Translations under genes and position numbers: made by a program
The notes under the pieces: model-generated
Seen by the model: the letters and a program-made list of their open reading frames with translations, nothing else
The model's database searches: none
Told to the model about the DNA's origin: nothing
DNA from: an uncultured Gemmatimonadaceae bacterium
GTDB taxonomy: Bacteria; Gemmatimonadota; Gemmatimonadetes; Gemmatimonadales; Gemmatimonadaceae
NCBI GenBank assembly: GCA_963817955.1
Contig: CAWFQK010000004.1
Coordinates: forward strand, 96,001 to 160,000
Length of the DNA: 64,000 nt
Reading direction: 5' to 3'
In this document: positions 40,513 through 49,683 of the stretch, in pieces
Layout: each line of letters begins with the position of its first letter
Position numbering within the stretch: the stretch's first letter is position 1

Positions 40513-42249
40513 GTGACTTCCTCCGCCGTTCGCGCTCGCCCCAAGCGCTGGCTCCTGCCGACCGAGCCTGACCCCGGCGCCGTCGAGCGGCTGCTGCACG
40601 AGCTCCATCTCCCGTTTCCGATCTGCCGCTTGCTCGCGATACGCGGCTACGTGGTGCCGGACGAGGCGAAGACGTACCTCCGTCCGCGCCTGGATCACTT
40701 GCACGATCCGAATTGTCTGGCCGATCTCGATCGTGCAGTCGAGCGACTCGTGCGCGCGCTGCGTGACAACGAGACGATTCTCGTGCACGGCGACTATGAC
40801 GTCGACGGCATGTGTTCGACGACGATCATGGTGCGAGCGCTCGTGGCAGCCGGGGGCAACGCGGTGCCGTTCATCCCTCGCCGTCTCGAGGACGGTTACG
40901 ACCTCACGGACGCCGGGGTACGCGCCGCCCACGCGGCCGGCGCAACGCTAGTCGTGACGTGCGACTGCGGCACGAGCGCGCATCGTCCGATCGCTGAGCT
41001 GCAGGCCACTGGCATCGACGTGATCGTGACCGACCACCATCTTCCCGGCGGCCCGCTGCCGCCCGCGTTCGCCGTACTCAACCCCAAGCGACCCGGTTGT
41101 CCGTCGCCGGACAAGGATCTCGCGGCGGTGGGCGTCGCATTCAAGCTGGCGCTGGCGCTGACGCGCGCCGTTGGCGGAAACGAGCACGCGATCCTCGGCA
41201 TGTTGGATCTGGTTGCGCTGGCCACGATCGCCGACGTCGCGCCATTGCGTGGCGAAAATCGTGTGTTCGTACGCTACGGGCTCAAGCTCCTCAACGAGGC
41301 GAAACGGCCCGGCATTCGCGCAATGATACGCGCGGCGGGTCTCGAGGGGAAAATGCTGACGGCGGGCCGCGTGGGATTCATTCTCGCTCCGCGGCTCAAT
41401 GCCGCCGGCCGACTGGGGAGCGCGTTGCGCGGGGTGGACCTGCTGCTTGCTGCGTCCGACCAGGAAGCCAACCCAATCGCCCGCGAGCTCGAAGAGCTGA
41501 ATGCAACGCGACAGGAAACTGATCGCGCGATCCTCGCTCGCGCACGATCGCTCGTGCAACAGATGGATCTTTCGTCGACGTACGGCATCGTGCTCGCCGA
41601 GCAAGGGTGGCACGCCGGCGTCATCGGGATCGTCGCATCGCGCATCGTCGAGGAGTACGGCCGTCCGACGGTGCTGATCGCGCTCGACGGTGCGGAGGGC
41701 AAGGGGTCGGGCCGTTCGATCAGCGCATTCGACCTGCACGGCGGCCTCGCCGAGTGCGCCGACCTGTTGCTCCGTTTCGGTGGACACCGGTTGGCAGCGG
41801 GGGTGACGATCGCCGCCGAGCAGGTGCCGGCGTTCGCCGCGCGTTTCAACCACGTCGCCGCCGCGCGGCTCACGGAAGACGATCTCGTGTCCGAGCTGCG
41901 CGTCGATCTCGAGTTGCCTCTCCGTGAGGCGGACGATGAGCTCGAAGCGTTGCTTCGCCACATGGAGCCGTGCGGCATCGGGAACCCGTCTCCGCTCTTC
42001 GTCTCTCGGGGCGTCACCGTGGCAGCGCCGCCGCGCGTCGTTGGCAAGGACGGGCTCAAGCTGATGCTGAGCTGCGACGGATATGAGCTCACCGCACTAG
42101 GCTGGGGCATGGGTCCGCGGGCGCGCGAGCTGTCTGCGGGCGCCGTCATCGATGTGGCGTTCCGCCTGGAGCGCGACGAGTGGCATGGCGACTCGCGACT
42201 CCAGGCACGACTTGCAGATTTCGTCACACCAAAACCAGGGCACGCCTAG
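40513..42249 (+). CDS. recJ: ssDNA-specific exonuclease RecJ
   Basis: GDYDVDG, TCDCG, TDHH, PRLNAAGRL, GSGRS, FGGH..AAG. Confidence 0.97.
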   Translation: MTSSAVRARPKRWLLPTEPDPGAVERLLHELHLPFPICRLLAIRGYVVPDEAKTYLRPRLDHLHDPNCLADLDRAVERLVRALRDNETILVHGDYDVDGMCSTTIMVRALVAAGGNAVPFIPRRLEDGYDLTDAGVRAAHAAGATLVVTCDCGTSAHRPIAELQATGIDVIVTDHHLPGGPLPPAFAVLNPKRPGCPSPDKDLAAVGVAFKLALALTRAVGGNEHAILGMLDLVALATIADVAPLRGENRVFVRYGLKLLNEAKRPGIRAMIRAAGLEGKMLTAGRVGFILAPRLNAAGRLGSALRGVDLLLAASDQEANPIARELEELNATRQETDRAILARARSLVQQMDLSSTYGIVLAEQGWHAGVIGIVASRIVEEYGRPTVLIALDGAEGKGSGRSISAFDLHGGLAECADLLLRFGGHRLAAGVTIAAEQVPAFAARFNHVAAARLTEDDLVSELRVDLELPLREADDELEALLRHMEPCGIGNPSPLFVSRGVTVAAPPRVVGKDGLKLMLSCDGYELTALGWGMGPRARELSAGAVIDVAFRLERDEWHGDSRLQARLADFVTPKPGHA

Positions 42250-42252
42250 CAC

Positions 42253-42786
42253 ATGCGCATCGTGGCTGGAAAATGGCGCGGACGCCGGATCGCTCCGCCA
42301 GCCGACGCACGCGTGCGGCCCACGGGAGATCGCGTGCGCGAAGCATGGTTGAGTATCGTCAACCCGTGGCTCGCGGGCGCACGCGTGCTCGACTTGTTCG
42401 CCGGCTCGGGCGCACTCGGGCTCGAGGCGCTGTCGCGCGGCGCCGAGGTCGTGGACTTCATCGAGCTGTCGCCGATCAGTATCGCGGCGATCCGCGGCAA
42501 CGCCGAACTGTTGGGCGCGGGCCCCGGAGCCGTCTTCCATCGCGCCGACGCCCTGCGATTCGTCGAGAAACTGGAGCCGCATGCGTACGACGTGGCCTTC
42601 GCTGATCCGCCGTACGATCTCGGCTTCGCGACCAAGCTCGCTGATGCGTGGCTCGCCGCGCCGTTCGCCGACATCCTCGGCATCGAACATCGCACGAGCG
42701 AAACGCTCGTCGGTGGCGAGGACCGGCGGTATGGCAACACGACGGTGACGATCTATCGGGTCTCCGATCCCGGAAACCGGGCGTAG
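42253..42786 (+). CDS. rsmD: 16S rRNA m2G966 methyltransferase
   Basis: MRIVAG..RGR, RPT.DRVRE, LDLFAGSGALGLEALSRGA, DPPY. Confidence 0.95.
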   Translation: MRIVAGKWRGRRIAPPADARVRPTGDRVREAWLSIVNPWLAGARVLDLFAGSGALGLEALSRGAEVVDFIELSPISIAAIRGNAELLGAGPGAVFHRADALRFVEKLEPHAYDVAFADPPYDLGFATKLADAWLAAPFADILGIEHRTSETLVGGEDRRYGNTTVTIYRVSDPGNRA

Positions 42787-42899
42787 GGCTGGGCCGGGCC
42801 CGCGGAGCGATTCGTTGCTGGTCCAGTGGTTCGCAGCCCCGGCCTTCGGTACGTTCCTCGTACGTCCAAGCGGCAACCTCATCTTCCACCGTGTGTTTT

Positions 42900-43382
42900 G
42901 TGCGGGTAGCCATCTACGCCGGCAGCTTCGATCCACTTACGCGTGGACATGAAGATCTCATTCTGCGCAGCCTCGAGTTCGTCGATCGTCTGATCGTCGC
43001 CGTGGCCACCAATGTCGCGAAAGAACCACTGTTCACGATCGAGGAGCGTGTGTCGCTCATTCGTACGGCGGTGGGAAACGAGGCGCGGATCGACGTGAAG
43101 GGATTCACTGGTCTGCTGGTGGAATTCGCCAAGCAGGAAAGTGCGAACGTGCTCATTCGTGGACTGCGCGCCGTGAGTGATTTTGAATACGAGTACCAGA
43201 TGGCGCTGATGAACCGGCATCTGTTGCCGCGCCTGGAGACGGTCTTCATGGTGCCGTCTCTCGATACGACGTACATCAGCGCGAGTCTCGTGCGCGAAAT
43301 CGCCCGCTATGGCGGCGACGTCTCCGGTCTCGTGCACCCAGCGGTGGCCGAGGCCCTGCGAGCGAGGACCGCGAAGCCGTGA
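42900..43382 (+). CDS. coaD: Pantetheine-phosphate adenylyltransferase
   Basis: [27 protein letters not shown]. Confidence 0.97.
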   Translation: MRVAIYAGSFDPLTRGHEDLILRSLEFVDRLIVAVATNVAKEPLFTIEERVSLIRTAVGNEARIDVKGFTGLLVEFAKQESANVLIRGLRAVSDFEYEYQMALMNRHLLPRLETVFMVPSLDTTYISASLVREIARYGGDVSGLVHPAVAEALRARTAKP

Positions 43383-44392
43383 CGTTTCTCACCGACGTGC
43401 AGGTGCGTGCGGCGGCCGACGTTCGGCGCATTGTCTTTCCTGAGACGGCCGATGAGCGCACGATTGCCGCCGTCGCGGAACTGCGGCGCCGACAGATCGT
43501 CGAGCCGGTGCTCGTGCTCGACCCCACGGCGCCGCAGTCGCACGACGCCGTCCGTGCCCTGGGCGTGGAAGTTCGCGATCCAACGACCGATTCACTCGGA
43601 CCACGAGCCGCGGAGCGACTGTTCGCCGCGCGTGCGGGGAAGATCACAAAACAGCAGGCTGATGCCTTTCTCCACACCTCCTTGCCCTTCGCCGATGCCC
43701 TCGTAGCTGACGGGCAGGCGGACGGCTGCGTTGCTGGTGCCGTACACACCACCGGCGATGTCCTGCGTGCGGCCCTCTGGTTGGTCGGCCCGGGTGAGGG
43801 GGTGCGAACGGTATCGAGCGCGTTCTACATGGTGGTGCCGCCATTTCGCGGCACGATCGAGCCGGAGGTGCTTACGTTTACTGACTGCGCCGTCGTCCGG
43901 TATCCGGATGCCGAGCAGTTGGCGGACATCGCTATAGCGGCGGCCGGCGATCGACATCGGATCGTCGGCGATGAGCCGATCGTCGCGTTTCTGTCGTTCA
44001 GTACGCGTGGAAGCGCGGCAGGGCCGTCCGTCGAGTTGGTGCGTGAAGCCGTGGCGATGGTGCGGGCGAAAGCGCCTCACCTTGCTGTGGACGGAGAATT
44101 GCAAGGAGATGCAGCGCTCGCTAACGTCGTTGCCGCCCGGAAGGCGCCGGACAGCGCGGTAGCGGGCCGGGCGAATGTGCTGGTGTTCCCGTCGCTCGAT
44201 GCCGGGAATATTGCGTATAAGCTGGTACAGCGGCTCGCAGGCGCGAGTGCGGTCGGTCCGATCGTTCAGGGATTACGCCGGCCTTGCAGTGATCTCTCGC
44301 GCGGCGCCGATGTGGATGACATTATCAATGTGGCTGCCATCACGGCGCTCCAGGCCGCGGAAGCGCGGGTGGCAACGAACGAGTCCCGCTAG
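43379..44392 (+). CDS. pta: Phosphate acetyltransferase
   Basis: [42 protein letters not shown]. Confidence 0.92.
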   Translation: MTFLTDVQVRAAADVRRIVFPETADERTIAAVAELRRRQIVEPVLVLDPTAPQSHDAVRALGVEVRDPTTDSLGPRAAERLFAARAGKITKQQADAFLHTSLPFADALVADGQADGCVAGAVHTTGDVLRAALWLVGPGEGVRTVSSAFYMVVPPFRGTIEPEVLTFTDCAVVRYPDAEQLADIAIAAAGDRHRIVGDEPIVAFLSFSTRGSAAGPSVELVREAVAMVRAKAPHLAVDGELQGDAALANVVAARKAPDSAVAGRANVLVFPSLDAGNIAYKLVQRLAGASAVGPIVQGLRRPCSDLSRGADVDDIINVAAITALQAAEARVATNESR

Positions 44393-44403
44393 GAGAGTAC
44401 GAC

Positions 44404-44736
44404 ATGAGCTTCTCGATCAAGAAGGACGGAGAGGTCGTCGTGGTTGATGTGGAGGGTCAGCTCATCGTAGGCAATCGGCAGGAGCTGAAGCAAAAGGTGC
44501 TTGATGAGCTGGAGCGTGGGGAGAGAAAGTTCCTCATCGACTTCTCGCAGACCGGCTACATCGACAGTTCGGGGCTCGGCGTCCTCGTGTCGCTCTCGAA
44601 GAAGATTCGCGAGCAGGGCGGGGAACTTCGCCTGGCCAACCTCAATGACGATCTCAAGACGTTGTTTGAGCTGACAAAGCTCGATACCCTTTTCCAAATC
44701 GCTGACACGCGCGAGCGCGCGCTGCAGAGCTTCTGA
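44404..44736 (+). CDS. STAS domain anti-sigma factor antagonist (RsbV/SpoIIAA-like)
   Basis: YIDSSGLGVL phosphorylation motif; 110 aa. Confidence 0.92.
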   Translation: MSFSIKKDGEVVVVDVEGQLIVGNRQELKQKVLDELERGERKFLIDFSQTGYIDSSGLGVLVSLSKKIREQGGELRLANLNDDLKTLFELTKLDTLFQIADTRERALQSF

Positions 44737-44768
44737 CCGGCGCGTTCTTCGGCGCCACGTGACGTTTG

Positions 44769-44816
44769 CTCGTGGCTCGTGAGGCGTTGCATTCGCAACG
44801 CCTCACGAGCCACGAG
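44769..44816. repeat. Perfect 22-bp inverted repeat (4-nt loop) containing heptamer units
   Basis: CTCGTGGCTCGTGAGGCGTTGC-ATTC-GCAACGCCTCACGAGCCACGAG. Confidence 0.85.
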
Positions 44817-44842
44817 TCACGAATACCGGCTATTATTCCCGC

Positions 44843-45295
44843 ATGAGTGCTGCTTTCGAGAACGAACGCTCCCACGACGATGTTCGGGTCGTCGAGGTGG
44901 ATATCCCCAGCGACGTTCGCTTCATCGAAAAGGTGGTCGAGCTGATCCGCCGCGAGTGTGTGATCATGGAGTTTGCGCAGCGCCAGATCACCCTCAACGT
45001 CCCCGTCGCGCTCGCGGAAGCGATCTCCAACGCGATTCTGCGTGGCAACGGCGATGACCCTGCCAAGTACGTGCACGTCAGTGCCCGCGTCGATGCCGAG
45101 CGCCTCGTCGTGGAAGTGGCAGACGAGGGCGGCGGCTTCGATCTCGATCGCGCGGAGGTTGACCCGACCACGCCAGAGAATATCGACCGTGAAGACGGCC
45201 GCGGGCTCTACCTCATGCGGAAGCTCATGGACCGCGTGGAGCGCGTCGATGCGCCGGGAGGCAGTGTCGTTCGCATGACGTTGAATCGCGAATGA
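44843..45295 (+). CDS. Anti-sigma factor / Ser kinase (RsbW-like HATPase)
   Basis: EAISNAI..GN, DEGGGFD, GRGLYLMRKLMD. Confidence 0.9.
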   Translation: MSAAFENERSHDDVRVVEVDIPSDVRFIEKVVELIRRECVIMEFAQRQITLNVPVALAEAISNAILRGNGDDPAKYVHVSARVDAERLVVEVADEGGGFDLDRAEVDPTTPENIDREDGRGLYLMRKLMDRVERVDAPGGSVVRMTLNRE

Positions 45296-46884
45296 ACGAT
45301 CTCGCGCGCGTCCTCGCCGCTTTCCAGGAAGCCACGCGCTGTGCAGCAGGCGTCTGGGTACAGCCGGCCGTGGGGGACACGCCGCCCGTGCGTGGCGCAT
45401 CCACCCCGAACGCGCCCACGCCCTCACGCTTTCCTTCGGTCGCCGAGGGTGCCCAAACGGTGCCTGCGACCACGGATGCCGTCCTCGTGGCTGCCGTTCC
45501 CGGACCGCGGCGTGCCTGGCTTGCTCTCGGCCCGTGCGAGCAATCGCACGTCGAGCTGTCCAGTTATATGGCGTTCCTTCTTCCCGTGGTCACGCAGTAC
45601 CTGCAATCGGCCCTCGAAGTGGAGCACGCGGCAAATGAGCTCGCGGAGCGCTATGAGGAGATCAATCTTCTCTACACGATCAGCGAGATCCTCGGTCGGA
45701 CCGTCGCCCTTGACGAGGCCATGCGGACGATCCTCGGCGAGGTGTCCGAGACGGTGGGTGCGCGCCGCGCGTCAGTGCTGGTGTTCGACCGCGGCACGAA
45801 TACGCTCAGGCCAGTCGCCGCACTCGGTGCCGACCTCGCGACGGTGCCGCCGATCAGCATCGACGATGGGTGCAGCGTGAGCGCGCGGGTCTACCGGACG
45901 CAGCACCCGATGCTCGCCGAACCGGACGAGATGCTCTGCCCTCAAGAGGCGACGTATCGCCGAGGCGCGATGCTCTCCGTGCCGATCATGTGGACGGCGC
46001 CGGCGCCCGGCGGCGCCGAGCCGCTGGGCGTCGTGAACCTGTCCGACCGTCGCTCGCCATTCACCGCCGGTGATCAGAAGCTGATCGCCGCCATTGCGAC
46101 GCAGATCGGAACCGCCATTCAGAATACGCGCCTCGTCCGGGCCTCCGTCGAGCAACAGCGCCTCGCGCACGAAATGCAGCTCGCCCACGATCTGCAAATG
46201 AAGCTGCTGCCGAACAACACCATCGTCTCGCCGCAAGCCACGGTCGCCGCGCGCGTCGTGCCCGCGGAGAGCGTCGGTGGCGACTTCTATAATCTCTTCC
46301 GCCTCCCCGACGCCAAGACCGGTGTGATGATCGGCGACGTGTCGGGACACGGCTACCAGGCGGCGCTGATCATGGCGTTGACGATGAGCGCCTCGGCGAT
46401 TCATTCTCAGTCGACCAACGATCCCGGCGAGATGCTCCACGCGCTCATGTCCACGCTGCGCGAAGAGCTCACGATGACCGAGATGTTCATCTCCGCGTTC
46501 TACGCCGTGGTTGACCCGGCGCGTGGCGAGCTGCGCTACGCGAATACGGGACATCCGCACGCGTTTCTGCTCACCGAGGGGCGCGACTTCGAGCGGCTCG
46601 CGGCGAGCGACCCGCCACTCGGCATGGACGAGCGCCAGCCGGTCACCGCTCGGCGTACATGGCAGGTCGGGCACGATCTGCTCGTCCTGTTCACTGACGG
46701 CGTGAGCGACGCGCGCAATCGCGCGGGTGTGCGTCTGGGCGAAGAACGCGTGCTCGAGACCATTCGTGCGCATCGAAATGCGGCACCCGCCGAGATCCTC
46801 GATCGGCTCTTCGAAGTGATCGAGTCGCACACGACCGGCGCGCCGCTTCGAGACGATCTCACCATCGTTCTGATGCGGAGCTGA
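45292..46884 (+). CDS. GAF + PP2C (SpoIIE/RsbU-like) phosphatase
   Basis: GAF region; VGGDFY, IGDVSGHG, LFTDGV, DDLT. Confidence 0.9.
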   Translation: MNDLARVLAAFQEATRCAAGVWVQPAVGDTPPVRGASTPNAPTPSRFPSVAEGAQTVPATTDAVLVAAVPGPRRAWLALGPCEQSHVELSSYMAFLLPVVTQYLQSALEVEHAANELAERYEEINLLYTISEILGRTVALDEAMRTILGEVSETVGARRASVLVFDRGTNTLRPVAALGADLATVPPISIDDGCSVSARVYRTQHPMLAEPDEMLCPQEATYRRGAMLSVPIMWTAPAPGGAEPLGVVNLSDRRSPFTAGDQKLIAAIATQIGTAIQNTRLVRASVEQQRLAHEMQLAHDLQMKLLPNNTIVSPQATVAARVVPAESVGGDFYNLFRLPDAKTGVMIGDVSGHGYQAALIMALTMSASAIHSQSTNDPGEMLHALMSTLREELTMTEMFISAFYAVVDPARGELRYANTGHPHAFLLTEGRDFERLAASDPPLGMDERQPVTARRTWQVGHDLLVLFTDGVSDARNRAGVRLGEERVLETIRAHRNAAPAEILDRLFEVIESHTTGAPLRDDLTIVLMRS

Positions 46885-46890
46885 TCGCGC

Positions 46891-47709
46891 ATGAGTGCAC
46901 CGCGTAACGACCGCCCGCCGCGCGGGCTTCCGCCCATTCGCAAGAGCCTCGGCCAGCATTTTCTCAACGATCGCCGCATTCTCCAGCGGATCGTGGATGC
47001 GCTCGAGCTCACGGGGCAAGAAACGGTCATCGAGATCGGACCAGGGCGGGGCAGCCTCAGCGCGCTGCTCGCGCCGCATGCGCGTCGACTGGTCCTGATC
47101 GAGTACGATCGCGCGCTCGCCGCAAGACTACGCGTCACATACGCCGACACGCCGTCCGTCGAGATTCTGGAAGCCGATGTGTTGACTGTGAACCTGAGCC
47201 AGGCGGCCGGCGGCCCGTTCCGGCTCGTGGGGAACGTCCCGTACTACATCACCACGCCAATCCTCTTCCACGCGCTCGAACGCCCCCGTCCGGATCGCGC
47301 AGTGTACCTCGTGCAGCGGGAGGTAGCGGATCGCATCGTAGCGCCTCCCGGCTCGGAGGCGTACGGCGCGCTCTCGGTAAACGTGCAAGCCGTGGCCAAG
47401 CCGACGCATCTCTTCCGCGTGGCGCCGGGCTCGTTTCAGCCGCCGCCACGAGTGGAGAGCGCCGTGCTGAGCATCGAATCGCGCCCCGACCCCGCGATCA
47501 CGCCGGACGAGGAGGCGACCTTCCGGCGTTTTGTCCTCGATGCGTTCGGAATGCGTCGCAAGCAGCTGCGACGAGTTCTGCGAAGCTTGTGGCTGCTCTC
47601 GGCCGAGCAGGCAGATACGATCTTGTCTCGCGCCGGCATCGACCCTATCGCACGGCCGGAAACGCTATCGCCTGAGGATTTCGCACGGCTGATGCGGAGC
47701 AGGGCGTAG
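46891..47709 (+). CDS. rsmA: 16S rRNA dimethyltransferase RsmA/KsgA
   Basis: KSLGQHFL, EIGPGRG, GNVPYYITT, QREVADR. Confidence 0.96.
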   Translation: MSAPRNDRPPRGLPPIRKSLGQHFLNDRRILQRIVDALELTGQETVIEIGPGRGSLSALLAPHARRLVLIEYDRALAARLRVTYADTPSVEILEADVLTVNLSQAAGGPFRLVGNVPYYITTPILFHALERPRPDRAVYLVQREVADRIVAPPGSEAYGALSVNVQAVAKPTHLFRVAPGSFQPPPRVESAVLSIESRPDPAITPDEEATFRRFVLDAFGMRRKQLRRVLRSLWLLSAEQADTILSRAGIDPIARPETLSPEDFARLMRSRA

Positions 47710-47723
47710 CAACCCGCAGCTGC

Positions 47724-48347
47724 TCAGGATCGATTCGTGAGCGCGAAGCTGAGTCCTTCGAGCTCCATCGCCATATTCACGCTTTTCACGGTCACATCGG
47801 CGGGCGCGTGAAGCAGCGTTGGGGCGAAATTGAGAATTGCCTTGATCCCCGCGACGACGATGCGGTCCACGACACGCTGTGCTTCTTCGCCCGGAACAGT
47901 GAGGACAACGATATCCGGTTTCTCGCGCTGGAAGTCCTTCTCCAGTTGCTCGATGTCACGCACCGGGATGCCTGCGAGCGTGCGTCCGACCTTGTCCGAA
48001 TTGATGTCGTAGGCCGCGAGGATCGTGAACCCCCGCTGGCGGAAGCCCCGATATTGCGCAAGGGCGGCGCCGATCTTTCCTGCCCCAATGATTACGACGC
48101 GCCACTCGTGCCCGAGGCCGAGGATCTCGCGCAAGCGATTGGCGAGCTCGGGTACTGAATACCCCAAACCACGTTTGCCAAAGGAACCAAAAAAAGACAG
48201 ATCCTTTCGGACCTGGGCCGACGTCGTTCCACCCTGATGCGCCAGTTCATCGCTCGATATGGTCTCCAATCCTCGGTGCTCGAAATCCTCCAGGAACCGG
48301 AGGTAGGCCGACAGCCGACGAACGGTCGAGTCTGCAATATGTTTCAC
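47724..48347 (-). CDS. rex: Redox-sensing transcriptional repressor Rex
   Basis: TVRRLS.Y, QVRKDLSFFGSFGKRGLGY, IIGAGKIG, ILNFAP. Confidence 0.97.
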   Translation of the reverse strand: MKHIADSTVRRLSAYLRFLEDFEHRGLETISSDELAHQGGTTSAQVRKDLSFFGSFGKRGLGYSVPELANRLREILGLGHEWRVVIIGAGKIGAALAQYRGFRQRGFTILAAYDINSDKVGRTLAGIPVRDIEQLEKDFQREKPDIVVLTVPGEEAQRVVDRIVVAGIKAILNFAPTLLHAPADVTVKSVNMAMELEGLSFALTNRS

Positions 48348-48360
48348 GGGAGACAGGGGC

Positions 48361-48378
48361 TTGTGAATTCATTCACAA
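48361..48378. promoter_or_regulatory. Rex operator (ROP)
   Basis: TTGTGAA-TTCA-TTCACAA matches the TTGTGAA-N4-TTCACAA consensus perfectly, 13 nt upstream of rex. Confidence 0.9.
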
Positions 48379-48434
48379 GTTAAGGGAGCTCCTCTGCCTG
48401 CACCAGCCGCTCCGGGGCTGCTAGCTTAGGCCCC

Positions 48435-49670
48435 ATGCCCGTCCACGTCTCCTCCGAAATCGGCCGTTTGCGCGCCGTGCTCGTGCACTCGCCCGGACCG
48501 GAACTACTTGCTGTTACTCCGAGCAATCGCGCGGATTACCTGTACGATGACATCATCGAGGCCGAGGCGGCCCAGCGTGAGCATCGCCGCCTGATCGCCA
48601 TTCTGGAGCGATTCACGACTGTCTACCAGGTCCGCTCGCTGCTCACCGACATCCTCGCCAATGCCGAGTCCCGCGACCTGCTGATTCGGGAGACGATGGA
48701 CATCGTCCCGTCGGAGCCGCTGGCGCGGGACATCAGCGAGCTGGACGCAGCCGCGCTCGTTCGCATGCTGATCGAGGGACGCGAGGAGCCGCCTGGCCCG
48801 ATCGCCAAAGCGCTCAACGAGCCAGGATACGTGCTGCCCCCGCTGCCGAACATGTTCTTTACGCGCGACAGCTGCATCGTGGCCGGCGATCATGTGCTCG
48901 TTGGATCCATGCGGTATGCCATCCGCTGGACCGAAGCAATCATCATGAAGGCGCTGTTCACGCACCACGCCGATCTCGCCAACGCCGGGATTCTGTATGA
49001 CGGCGCCTCCGAACGGCGCGTCAACTACACGGTGGAAGGCGGAGACGTCCATCCATTGCGGCGCGACTTGGTGGTCATCGGGTTCAGCGAGCGCTCGAGT
49101 CCGGCAGCGATCGACCAGCTGGCGTCGATCTTCTTTGAACGGACCGAAGTGCGCGACGTGATCGTCGTCGTCATGCCGAAGGAAAACACGGCGATTCATC
49201 TGGATATGATCTTCACACAGATCGACCGCGAGCTCTGCGCGGTGTTTCCTCCGCACTTCATCGGGCCGGAGCGGCTGCCCGTGTTGCACTACCGCAAGGG
49301 CGAGCACACGATCTACGAACGGGCGAGTATCTTCGCCGCGCTCGCCGCGTGCGACATGCCCATCGAGCCAGTGTTCTGCGGCGGGGAGCGCCGGACGATT
49401 CAGGAACGCGAGCAGTGGGCCTCGGGCTGCAACTTCGTGGCGATGCGGCCCGGCGTGATTCTGTCGTACCAGCGCAACGAAGTAACCCTCCACGAGCTGC
49501 AGCGCATGGGATTCCGCCTCGTGAGCGGTACGGCATTTCTCACCGGCGAGGAGCGTGTGGTGGAAGGAGAGCGCACAGTCATTACGTTTGAGGGATCGGA
49601 GCTCGTGCGAGGCGGCGGTGGCCCGCGCTGCATGACGATGCCGATTCGCCGCGACGATCCCTGGTCCTGA
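48435..49670 (+). CDS. arcA: Arginine deiminase
   Basis: SEIGRLR.VLVH.PG, PNMFFTRD, EGGD, HLD..FT, ELVRGGGGPRCMTMP. Confidence 0.92.
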   Translation: MPVHVSSEIGRLRAVLVHSPGPELLAVTPSNRADYLYDDIIEAEAAQREHRRLIAILERFTTVYQVRSLLTDILANAESRDLLIRETMDIVPSEPLARDISELDAAALVRMLIEGREEPPGPIAKALNEPGYVLPPLPNMFFTRDSCIVAGDHVLVGSMRYAIRWTEAIIMKALFTHHADLANAGILYDGASERRVNYTVEGGDVHPLRRDLVVIGFSERSSPAAIDQLASIFFERTEVRDVIVVVMPKENTAIHLDMIFTQIDRELCAVFPPHFIGPERLPVLHYRKGEHTIYERASIFAALAACDMPIEPVFCGGERRTIQEREQWASGCNFVAMRPGVILSYQRNEVTLHELQRMGFRLVSGTAFLTGEERVVEGERTVITFEGSELVRGGGGPRCMTMPIRRDDPWS

Positions 49671-49683
49671 CGCCTGACGCTCG

